Assembly: GCA_030295235.1 (NCBI GenBank)
Contig: AP026152.1
Location: 682,001 to 746,000, forward strand
Source: Fistulifera solaris
Lineage: Eukaryota
Direction of reading: 5' to 3'
DNA: 64,000 bases
The position numbers were made by a program, and so were the translations under genes. Positions 46,584-58,089 of the stretch are shown one piece after another. Every line of letters begins with the position of its first letter. The stretch's first letter is position 1. The notes beneath the pieces were generated by a model. The model was not told the DNA's origin. It made no database searches and saw only the letters and a program-made list of their open reading frames with translations.

Positions 46584-49216
46584 ATGAGCGACGCTCGGCC
46601 CGATCCCAACACGAAATCGGCGTTTCTGAGCCCCACACGGCTGGCCGCTCGACGCCTTTCGCAACATCAATATCGCGGACCTCGTGCTCTCAGTCCCACC
46701 GGATCGGATGTTTCTGCCTATAGTTCACGCAGTCGTCGTTCGCAAAGCATGATTCGTTCACCGGAAGACGCCGAAGTCTTTGAGAATATTAGCTCGGCCA
46801 CGGGCGTTCGGATATCGGCTTCGAAACACAATAAACGAAGGAATCAACAACCGCAACAGAATCGATTGCGGAATTATACATCGCCACCCGTTACCAATTC
46901 GCATAATCTGGGCAGTGCGAGTTTTGCAGCCAGTGAGCTAGAAACATATTCGAGCATGAGTATGGATGTGAATGATTACAACGACGCCCCGAGAAATGAC
47001 TTCTTTCATTCGGAGCACAGTGAGGCACATGGAGAGCAAAAGACTTTTTCCGGAAAGATCTTGTGCCTTTAGAGCCATCGACAAGCTTGGATTTCAAACA
47101 CAATGATAATTCGTTTCAGGTCCTGGCCAATGTTTTGGTGGATTTCTTTGATGCTCGTGTGAGACGTGGTCAATTGACACTGGAAGCCAACGACGCGGAA
47201 ATCATTGAGCGATTACTTCCCGCTTCCGCGCGTCGACATTTCATTGAAGCTGTACAATACCGTTTGGAGCGAACGCCCGCAAGTCCGCAGTCACAGCTCG
47301 ATTTTTTGACAATCCAATGTCAAGAATTGGGATTAGACCGTGACGGACCGGAAAATCCGATCATTGCCACGGCCATGCTGGATGAGAATGAGACATATGT
47401 GACCTTGCCGATTCTCTGCACCAAGAGCAAAGAAGAACTTAAGCCATCGAATTCGGACGAAAGTGATAGTTCCGAACAGGATTGGGTCGATCTTACAAAA
47501 GCAGAGATAGAGCATCCTTCGCCGGTAGTTGCTGCCGGAAGCAGTCAACCCATGAAAGCAGAAATGGCGGCGTATGGAACAAACCGTGTAAGAGCTGCAA
47601 ACGAAAAGGATATCTCGCGTACTACGACAATTGTCAAGGCAAAACAACAAGCTCCAGAACCCACTCCAAGGCGAGAATCGTCCTTTGATTTCCCCGATCC
47701 TGATTCAACCGACAATATAGTGCATCGAACGCTTTTGATGGAATTGCACGAGGCACGCCAAATGATGCAGGCATCGACATCTTTGGAGACGGTAGAGTTT
47801 TGGGAGAGTCATATGGAAGATCTGAAAGCCAAGTATCGAGCGCTCCTTGGAAAACCGAATCTATCGTCTGTCCCCATACTGCCCCCGTCGCCAACAACCA
47901 CTATTGATACACACGAATATCATTCTACCCAGCCATCCATGTCCCTGGAATCGGTGCAACAATACCATCTTTCACAGTCACAAGCGTCTCAGGATCAGTG
48001 TTCCGAACAACATAGGCAGCCAACACATATTCAACAACCGATGCAGGCTAAAAAATCGATCTTTTTTCCGCAGCAAACTCCACCGTCGCATCCGCATCTT
48101 GAACAAAAGACAACTGGTACGATGAATCCGCCGCAGATTGCTCAACAACCGCCTGAGTCACATGAACCTACCCTTCAAGCTTCAAATGACCCCGCTCCGA
48201 CGACAATCCGCGTGTTAACACCAGTTTCGATTCTGCCGGGGACTCCTTATCCACCTGCTACACCTGTTCGAATGGAAAACGTCGTCACTGCTGAAGAAGA
48301 TACCGAGTCGATCGCCCCGCAAACACCAAATCTGTCGGCCATTCCATTTACAGCGTCAACTACATGCCCTCCACCAATAGCGAATACTCAACCAATCGCC
48401 CCACCAGCTCCAGCGACGGTGGTTCCGCAACTGGCAAGCTCTCAAATACCGGAACCAGATTACAATGTTCCGATGGTGGACGTTGTGGCACCGGCTGATC
48501 TTCCAGGCGGGTACAACTTTGAGGCGGAGTTTGAAGGACAACGCTTCTTGGCAACAGTGCCCGCTGGTGGCGTGAAAGACGGCGAAACGTTCACGTGCTA
48601 TATGCGTCAACTCGACTCGATGGCAATTGATGCCCCCATTGGCTATTGGAGAGACGGAATATGCGGACTTTGCTCTTATGGTTGCTGCCATCCCGTTGTA
48701 TGGAATTCGATTCTTTGTCCTCTGGTGGCGCTGGCGCAAGTGCAGTATAGGGCGAATCTCGATTTTCTGGGTCGTCCCAATTTATTCTATGGCACGGCGC
48801 CGAACCGAGCCATGATGGTTACAATTATCTTGTTCTGGATCGTCATCAATGCGATGCTACTTGTGGGATACAACATAAAGTGGAGCCAAAATATGGATTT
48901 GACCATTGCGGATTGGACTTCTTTGGCCGTGATTAATGGCGCTTACCTGTGTTTTATTGTTTTTGTCACTCAGTCGACAAGAAGCAGTTTGCGCGACAAG
49001 TATTTGATTCGTGAACAGGCTTGCAGTGATCTGGAAGACCTGTGTTGCGCCGCTTGTTGTTTACCATGTTCGATTTCACAAATGTCAAGACATACAGGAA
49101 ATTATGATGAATACGAAGCAGTATGTTGTTCGAGAACCGGTCTTCCGGATGGAATAGGGGAACATGAACGGGCACCACTTCGGCCATCGCATGGACCCTC
49201 GTCCTATGTTGTTTAA
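46584..49216 (+). CDS. PLAC8-domain protein with long disordered N-terminus (frameshift at 47038-47041)
   Basis: VVAPADLPGGY..VPAGGV, WRDGICG..CC and EDLCCAACCLPCSISQMSRH motifs. Confidence 0.8.
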
Positions 49217-49563
49217 ACCTTTTGAGGTCCGACTTGGATCATGCGATGTCCATTACACGCTTTTTCGGTGACTGAGACCCGATTGTAGGGCGTTTATTTG
49301 CAACGCTCTTTATTGAATAACTATTTGTGATACATAATACTTGTGTTTAGTAACTGTTACTTTGTGGAGCTTTGTTATTTCGTTTATTGATGAAACTGTT
49401 CTAGTTTTCTTTTTATAATTAGTAGAGTGAGTCGTTATGCATTAAAAGTTAAAAGGCAATCTTTTGATAATTTCGATTGGTCAGAATACTCTGGATTGAT
49501 GATTAAACCTCGTTGTTATTATTTCATCTTATATTTCCCCAATTTGTGTGATCCTGTGTCTTA

Positions 49564-50128
49564 CTATCTCAACTGCGGTGGCTCATACGGCAGACCTCTG
49601 TCTTTATCATCGTCTTCCATGCCATCGAGCTGTAGTGACTGTACTTGTTGCATGGTCTGTGTTATAGTCCAATCCAGATTGACCACTTTCTTGGATCGAA
49701 AGAACGAATCACAGTCCGCGAAAAAGCGGCGTCCTTTTTCTTGGTTTGCTTGTCGAACGAAAGGGGTCGAGTGATATGCCGGGGTGCCGTCGGTGGACTC
49801 TTTTTGGCTGTCATGTCTAACTCGTTATCGAGCATACGTTTCAATTCGACATGAAACAACTGGTGCGTTTTTTGTACAAGTGATTGTATGGAAGGGGACA
49901 GGTGTTCGGAACGAGTGATCCGGCTGGAAAGTGCTTCCCAAAGGAAAGACGGCTCGCGGCCGATACTAACGTACAGCAGATCGCCTCTTGCAGGGAAAGA
50001 TTGAGTGCTTCGTAGCGAGCGAGCAAATTCAAAGCCACGCTATTAAAGAATTCATCGTCGTCGTACGTTCCGGTCGTACGGAGGGGGAGGTGGTCGGGAA
50101 TATCCCACGCTGACGGAATGATCGGCAT
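49564..50128 (-). CDS. Hypothetical protein (needs two single-base corrections)
   Basis: Three short consecutive frames that join at A/G runs near 49870 and 49735; no recognised motif. Confidence 0.3.
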
Positions 50129-50648
50129 TTGGATGATGATGCTGCAAGTGATTGTCGAATCCAATCATACTGATGCTACTAGAAGTTGTTGCAGCTGTTG
50201 ATTACCTTTCATGACACTCAATCGAGAGGAGACGAACAAGCTGTGGCTGTGGTAAGGAGAAGAGCTTCTCCCTTGTCGATGGCTTAGTTATTGTCGTCTT
50301 GCTTTGTCGTTTCACTTTTTTTGAGCGAAATCGTTTTTGTGAGCGAGCGTCGCCCTTGCGTCGCCAATGGAACTTTACTTCATGGAGACTGGAATTGAGT
50401 GTACAATGATGACGTTTTCGACAGCGCGAAACAGGCCCTACCCACACATCAGTACATACAAAGTTTACTTCTGAAATAGCTTTTTGTTAAAGTTATTCTT
50501 AATTCTGTGTACCCTCTAAAGTAGTCTTGCTTGCCGATCCGGGTCGCTTTCCGACGCGCAGTCGCATCGCATGCACGCGTGATCACTACATGATGCGCAA
50601 CGAATTGAAAGATGAGAGTGACAATGAACACTTCATTATGAATCAACA

Positions 50649-52022
50649 ATGCGAAACATCAACAATGTAGGTTGGGGATTAGTTATATTGGTTATTCAGG
50701 TAGCTACAATCGGTCTTTGTAGCTGGAAAATACAGGCAGAGTCATCTTCGTCAGACGTTATGAAAGCTTCGAATGCGGCAACACTGCTGGGCGGGGGAGA
50801 AATCAATGAGAAATTACGAACATTTCAGACAGCAATCAACGACGCTGATAAAGAAAAGGCGTCTCTAGCCGATGAACCGAACGGTTTTCAACCGCGGATT
50901 CATAAAGCGCATTTATGGCATGCTCTGGAAGGCTTGGATCGTTATCCGAACTATTTCGATCGGTGGAAAAGTAGAATAAAATCTCGCGAGCAAAGCGAAG
51001 ATCATAGTGTGAGCCACAATAAGGATTCTGATGACGAAGAAAAGGAAATAGATGATTTGTTAAAACTCGAACACGTTCTACGTGACACGGCGGATGCCGT
51101 GCGTCGAGAACGAAAACGAATTGCTCAACAACGAACGACCTGGATGCAGAAAATACCAAACTTTTTGCAAGAGCATCCACAATTTCGAAAGTTTTGGGAC
51201 GCAGCACTGTATGGTGAAGATTGGGGGAAGTGGTGTAATGGCATCTTGCATCCGAAAGTACAGGAACTCTTCTTCACTACGAATACCACGACGGGCGCTA
51301 TTCAATTGAAAACATGCTCCGATGCCACGGTCGCGCAAGTCCTTTCCGGCGCGGTCCGCGTGGAATGGAATGTATCGCTGCTCACCGAACTGCTCGACGA
51401 GGAATGTTCCGATGTTTACTCTATACCCATTCTTTCCGACGCCTTTTGTCACGAGTTGATTCAATTGGTTCGTTCCCTTCGACTATTCTTTGCGCAAGAC
51501 ACGACGATCGAACAGCCTCGATTCTTCTCCTTGTCACAGTTGGGTATTACTTGGCTGGACGATTTTCTTTTTCGTGTACTGCTGTATCCCATCAGCATAC
51601 ATTTATTTGACAATATACATCTCGATTCGTATCATAGTTTTGTCGCAGGATACGCCGCGCAGCCCAATTGTGTCACTCCTCGTCAATTCTTGGTACCCCA
51701 CACGGATGATTCCGAAGTGACTTTGAACTTGTGTTTGGGCGAAAAAGACTTTGAAGGGGGTCTCTTGGAATTTGGTCCGATGCGTGGTGAGCGAACGAAA
51801 ACAAAATTACAGACAGACACGGTACAGCCGAGGATTGGTTACGGATTGTTGCACGTGGGTCGGTTGATGCATCAAGTTACACCGATAACTTCAGGAGATC
51901 GATTTGCTTATATTGTATGGACTCGTTCTTGGACGGATACGCGTGCCAAACAGTGCCCTTGCTGTTGGCTCAATCATCGAAAGGAAACGGCTACATGTAT
52001 TTGCGGACCGCAATGGAATTGA
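50649..52022 (+). CDS. 2OG-Fe(II) oxygenase (OGFOD2/PLOD-like)
   Basis: HTDDSEVTLNLCLG, FEGG, H..TPITSGDR; N-terminal hydrophobic segment. Confidence 0.85.
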   Translation: MRNINNVGWGLVILVIQVATIGLCSWKIQAESSSSDVMKASNAATLLGGGEINEKLRTFQTAINDADKEKASLADEPNGFQPRIHKAHLWHALEGLDRYPNYFDRWKSRIKSREQSEDHSVSHNKDSDDEEKEIDDLLKLEHVLRDTADAVRRERKRIAQQRTTWMQKIPNFLQEHPQFRKFWDAALYGEDWGKWCNGILHPKVQELFFTTNTTTGAIQLKTCSDATVAQVLSGAVRVEWNVSLLTELLDEECSDVYSIPILSDAFCHELIQLVRSLRLFFAQDTTIEQPRFFSLSQLGITWLDDFLFRVLLYPISIHLFDNIHLDSYHSFVAGYAAQPNCVTPRQFLVPHTDDSEVTLNLCLGEKDFEGGLLEFGPMRGERTKTKLQTDTVQPRIGYGLLHVGRLMHQVTPITSGDRFAYIVWTRSWTDTRAKQCPCCWLNHRKETATCICGPQWN

Positions 52023-52133
52023 CTTCATCGCGCATACTACAACAGTCTTCATTACTTCAAATATTAATTTTTTAAATTGGACTTATTTGCTATGGAATAT
52101 TAGATTTGCTGATGAAATGCACACAATGTAGCA

Positions 52134-54481
52134 TTATGACCGCAAAATGCATGGATGGATTTCACCCACCTCAAAAAGAGATTCCATCACATCCGTTTCA
52201 ATAACAGACACGCCGCATGCATCCGAACAAAACAAAGAATCAAACCGGCGGTGTCGAGTGCATCCGTTACGAACACATGGAGATGTTTCACGTCCTGGAG
52301 TAGGAGTCGACTCTTTTGCTCCAAATCTATTGTCTGGATCAAATATATTTGTCACTTCTCGCTCGAATCCGACGGGTTTTTCCCGAGCTGTATCTCGCAT
52401 CAGAAAGTGTAACATATTGTGTCGATCTGTATACGCTTCTGCGTCTTCTATTGAGACGAGCAGGCGCTCTAACTCTTTGTTCGACTCCGGGCTCTATCTT
52501 TCGCACGGTACCCTAGTCCCCGTCCAAGCCGCTGCACCATATCCGACCATTGCTTTTCCGCTTTTTCGTGACGGGCTACAACGCTGCGTGTGTGGCCATC
52601 AATATGAGAGACAGACACGCTTCCCAAAGGCCATTTGTATGTTCCTCCATGCCTGGAATACGATGCTTGGCGCATGACAGCCGAAGTAGCTAAAGCTCGT
52701 CTTAGTTGGACCGTACGTTGGCGTTCAATACGCTCGGCACCACGAGGAAATTCTTCCAGGAAGCGAGCCTCTTCGTGACAAAAGTCACAAACAGGAATGA
52801 AAGGTTCTTTCGTGTTTTTTCGGATTGAGTAGTTCTCATAATGGCCTCCACAAGCAGGGTGACGCCATGTGCCGCACTTGGAACAACAAACCATCAGCTC
52901 ATTCGGATATAACTCAGTTACTTGAAAACAATATGCAAATTCAGGTTGGCCTTCTTTTGTGCGAATTCGGTGTATTTTACAGTGAGGCAGCTTTTCCAGA
53001 CATCCCGGCTCCGGATGATTGGAGAGCCGTTTTCGTATCTTCTTTTCGTTGGCCCGGAATTTGGTAGTTCCATCATCGTCTAATCCTTTAAAATTGTCTT
53101 CATCACTCGTTTCTCCTGCTGCATGGCGCTCGCGGCGTATACCAGTTACAGAAGGCCACCATGTATCAACCGGTACGGGAGGGGTCACAACGGCCAAGAC
53201 CTTTTTCTTACTCGCTTTTACCCCATTTGAGTCTTTCTTGGTCCCGACGCCTGACGCATCAGCTATTGTATTTACGAAGAGAGGAGTTCCCGAGGTGAAA
53301 GAGCTTGGAACATCTAGAGATTCGTCGTAAACTGGTTCGGACGGCAAAAGAGGCAATCCAGATTGAAATCGAGCAGTTGAGATAAATTCAAACGGCTCCG
53401 TAGAAAACGCAATCGTTGAGCTCTCTTCCTCCGCATTACTCTCATAAAAGTCTTCTTCCGCACTTGACATCTTAAAGTCAAGCAGGACCCTGGCCTCCTT
53501 ATCTGTTCTGGCAACAGCAGCAGTGGCTTCCACTAGCATGTCCATAGTACCGGCTGGAGGCAACGGCGTCTCCGCAACGATTTTGACGTCTTCGTCAACT
53601 TTGGGTTCAGCGTTGCTATTGTTGTTCGGAGGTTGTTTTAATGCTACAGTAGGGGGTGACAGCGCTCGAGAATTTTTGCGGGGTCGTTTGACCTTGGGGG
53701 TTTTGACCCAAATGTTTCCGAAGACGTCCTTCGTTTCTTTGTTTCTTTCGGAACTACAGGTACTGGCTTTTCATCGAGACTTTCTAATGATGCCGCAACA
53801 GGCACTTGCTTTTCGGTTAGTGGCGGTTGCTTCGGTTGCTGCGAAGGACTATGACTTGTTTTCTGGTCCACTTGCGAGGAAGGAAGCATGGGGACTGGAG
53901 ATTGCTGTTGTGCTCGGAGTGCGGCCGCTAGTAATGCGGGAGAGCTGCTAGCGCTCAAATTGGGAGAATTTGATCGCGATACATCGTCGATTGTAATCAC
54001 CGCGCCTAGTTGCTGGCGTCGTAGTTCTTCTTGATATCGCAACTGAGCCTGCGCTACCTGCTCGCGCCGCCGATTGATCTGTTCGGAAAGCAACAAATTC
54101 TGATAATGATGTTGCAGATCCGACAAGCCATGTAACGGATCTGACAGCGCCGTCAGCTGATGATTTTGTACGTGCTGGCCTAGCTGTTCCTGCAAAAGCA
54201 GTTGTCGGATCTGCTGGTCTCTTTGCAGGTCTTGCTGTTGACGTTGTTGCGCTTGTAATAACACCGAAAGGTCATCGACTTGCGTTAGACCAAGAGCTGC
54301 TCGTAGTTGTGCCTGAGTCAACTGCAACCAATACGATAGTTTTAAAGAAGAGAATAAGAGAGTTTTGTCTTGGTGAGATCGCTCTATTAACTACGAAAAC
54401 GTAGGATATCTTCGCTCGTGAAAGACTCACCTGCGTATTTCCACGTCCAGACGCTGCGTCGAAAGGGAATCTTCTATCCAT
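52134..54481 (-). CDS. Q-rich PHD-finger-like nuclear protein (intron 54322-54430; frameshifts at ~53702 and ~52477)
   Basis: MVCCSKCGTWRHPAC...VCDFC; C-terminal CVRNGC...FCSDACG. Confidence 0.6.
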
Positions 54482-55622
54482 GATCCTGCTTTACTTTTCC
54501 AGACTAGGAGAAAAAAATGAAAAAGGGAATGAGACGATACGTCGAAAAGTTACGAATATGAAGAATACAATACCAGGTAATACAACACCTGAAGACACCC
54601 ACATTCTGTTTATCCGATGAACACGAAAACGCGATGTATTTCGATTTTTGTCTCGGTAACACCATTCAGATAACTCACCTTGTTTATAGGAAAGAGACGT
54701 AAAAGAGAAAGAAACAAAATAGTGCAATAGTCACGAGGATTATGAATTGCCGTGAGACCTCTTACGCCGCTGTGTTGTAAAAAAGTGGCTTGTGCCTTCG
54801 TGGTGTTTTTTTCGACCGAACGGCGAAGCAGCCACACAACGCAAAAGGAAGACGACGAGAACAAGACGCAAGACGCGGGCAACGCTTCCCTGAGCGAGTG
54901 TACAGTTAAGGCCAGTGCTACATGGGACTAAACTTCATTGTCGACTTCAATGTAGAAACGCGGTGGGCGGTGGATTGCCCTTCTCGAAGGCTTTTCCGTA
55001 ATAGGTGTCTCGAAATGTCGCTTTTCTGTTAAGTTCGTATCTAACAAAATGACTTTGTCAGATTTACTACTGTAGACGAAAATGCTTCCTAATGAAGTTG
55101 TTCTCTGTCTTATGTTTCCTACTATGAGGAACATCACTGGAGACTTATAATACTTACGGTTTTCGGTCATTAGTGTCTTCTCATTCGCCATGGGCTGTCT
55201 CATAAAATGTACTGTAATAAACGGAGACGAGAATACAAACGAAACACTAAACTAGCTAAGTTTAGGGGAGAGGGAATTCTCTCTAGCTAGAAGGCTGTAG
55301 CTAAACATTATATTGGTGCCGAACCTCCGTAACGACATACCTAATCAAATGATCACCCGGTCAATCACATTAGAGTAAACATAAGCAATAAACTATTCTT
55401 GTTCTTGCTTTGTTCAGAGTGCATCTATGTAAAATTCGAAGAAGAAATAGATGTTTTCTTGTCATGCCGCAAAAGTTCATAAAAAGATCATTAATTCTAA
55501 TACTTTAAGGTGCACGGTTGCACGGTTGCTGAAGATGTAAACGAAAACTGATGTAATTGTAGTATGGTTATCCCATCTCTATTTTCAGTCGGCTGACCAT
55601 ACTGTAGCACCACTCCTGCAAT

Positions 55623-57046
55623 TTAAGGCAATTCAACTATTTTCTCCAAACGACCCCACAGAGCATCGTCAATTGTCGTTCCCTTCTTTTGTCCCCTCGT
55701 CCATTTTTTGTACGACACGACACACGGCCTGACAATCGTTTTCCGACAAACCTTCTTCGTACAGTGCCAAAATCGTCGAAAAAGAACACAACTGAGAAAG
55801 AAGAGACGGACTGTCGCGTTCTGTCAAGGCTTGTCGCAAACCTTTTCTTGCTTTTTTTCAGCAAGCGGCCTGTTTTGGTGGATACGGCGTTCGTCGACGA
55901 CCCGTACCATCCCGTGTGACTCAGTAAAGCCGTATTGACCAAACAGAAAACAGAATCAAATTCATTGACTTCTTGCCCTTCCACCAAAACGGGATGACGG
56001 GTATGAGCTTGTCGTTGATTCTTTTGAGATGACGACATGTCGAACATATCCTCCGCAACCATTTGTACGGCAACATCACTCAATTGAAAGACTTCGGTGG
56101 CACCCGATGTCGCATCCATAGCGCACGTGACCCACGCGGTCGGATATAAATCATCTTTGTCGGTGAATTGCATGTATTGCATTTGACCTTGTGCGGCTTG
56201 CACGATTTCGGGCACATGCACGGGCAAACCATCGTTCGCGTGTCGATTGTCCGCGTACGTAAAGATCCAGCCGATGGGTCGCAGTCCCAACCACGTCGCA
56301 ACTTGTCGTGCTTTGCACTGAGGATCATAAAAATCACTCCGAGGATAAATGGCGTGTACTTTGGCGGCAATACACATTTCTTCGGCTTCGGTTGTGGACG
56401 ATAAAGATGTCTTGGGCCGGCGTTTGGGATCTTGACGTTCCCGTACTATGGTCCCCAAAAGCAGTGCCGGCTGTTGTGTTTGCTGTTGATAAAAACGTTC
56501 TGCAGAGGAAGCACACATGTAAAGACGCTGTACGGTCGAAGTGGGTTGCGGTTCGATAACGTGCAATTCTTTCCGGAGATCGGAGAGCGCTGCATACGAA
56601 TTCGAAGGTCTTCGTTGCCGTTTGTGTCTTTTCAACGCAGCGGTGTAGTCTTTGGCCAATTCAGGGAAAGGATTGTATTTGGGCTTGCTTGCTTTTGATG
56701 ATTGCGATGATGTTTTATGTTGTTTAGTGTCCTCTGTTGCTGCTACGGAAGAACGCAGAGTAATAAGGGAACCGTGTGAAAGATTCAAGTTCGGCAATGT
56801 TTGAGAGCGGTCTAATGGCTGATTACCCAATTGGATTGTCAAGTCATCAAGTGATTGATTCAACGGCTTCAATACATCTTCTAATGTCAGTAGAGAAGAT
56901 TCACTGGGGACTTGTAATCGTTGCATAGAGCCATCGGGCAAACGGATTCGCAGTAGGATACTGCCGCTCGAGGATGACGATGAAGATGCGGCGGTGAAAA
57001 AGATCGACAGTAGCAAGATACGAAGCAAATATGAAGTATGCATCAT
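55623..57046 (-). CDS. NPL4: Npl4-like protein with N-terminal signal peptide (probable SELMA sNpl4); two frameshifts near the 3' end
   Basis: Signal peptide, then ILLRIRLPDG ubiquitin-like N-domain, KVHAIY, LGLRPIGWIFT and EVFQLSD..VQM. Confidence 0.7.
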
Positions 57047-57174
57047 TTGAAATAGTTGGAATGAGTTTGTTGACAACAATCTTATATTATTGACATCATT
57101 AGGAAAGACAATGGATACAAATTTTATTGCGTCGCTATGTGCGGTGGCATAACATACACGTGGACGTGGACGCC

Positions 57175-57650
57175 CATCCCCACATTTTCTGGGTACGTGA
57201 AACAACACACACGCCCGCATTTTCTGAAAGCACCGAACATCCAGATTTTCTGGATACGTAAAAACTTAGCTCTTCCGGCTTTTCTGGGTAAGGTAAGGTT
57301 ACCAGGTACTAAATATTTTACCACACGCCCACATTTTCTGTGCACGAGAAAGAACCGATCTTCCAGATTTTCTGGAAATGTGAAAACACCACACCCCCAC
57401 ATTTTCTGGGCACGTGAAAGCACCGATCATCCAGATTTTCTGGAAATGTGAAAACACCACACCCCCACATTTTCTGGGCACGTGAAAGCACCGATCATCC
57501 AGATTTTCTGGATAGTTGAAAATCCACATGCCCACATTTTCTGGGGACGTGAAAGCACCGATCTTTCAGATTTTCTGGAAATGTGCAAACCCCAATCGTC
57601 CAGGTTTTCTGTGGATGTGATTGACACCGCATGCCCACATTTTCTTGGTA
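57175..57650. repeat. Minisatellite, 68-bp unit of two ~34-bp halves with CCA(G/C)ATTTTCTGG core (family C related)
   Basis: CCAGATTTTCTGG at 57363, 57431, 57499, alternating with CCACATTTTCTGG. Confidence 0.9.
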
Positions 57651-58089
57651 AACCTTTGGACTGGTCTACTTGAAAGCATGAAGCATCACACTCCCAGGTA
57701 AAAAGCCTTACAAGTTACAAGTAGTCTTCCGGACAAGTAAAATAGTTTTTCTATACCTGGTTCGATACCCCCAGGTTTTCTTGAAACGTAAAATCCCACA
57801 CTCCAGATCCAATCAAGGATTTACATTTTTCAGAAATGGTGGGAAAGGCCTACGCCGGACGATTTGGAATTAGAAATAATAGTTATAGCAAAGAGCATAT
57901 GGGGGAATGGGGATGACATGCCGGAGTCACGCCTGACTTTTGGCCCTTGCCTCTGCTCTTAAGGTTCTGCATGCCCCCATGCCCCCCCGGAGCCCGTTAA
58001 CTGTAGATCGCGTCGTGAACAAAAGCTTTTGAAGTCGCAAAAGATCATCTCTTCTCGTATAACTTGGTCATTGTAATTATAAACCTTTC

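Noticed and set aside
57047..57220. N-terminal extension of the 55637-57220 ORF
   Set aside because: It runs into the minisatellite; the ATG at 57046 gives a clean signal peptide.
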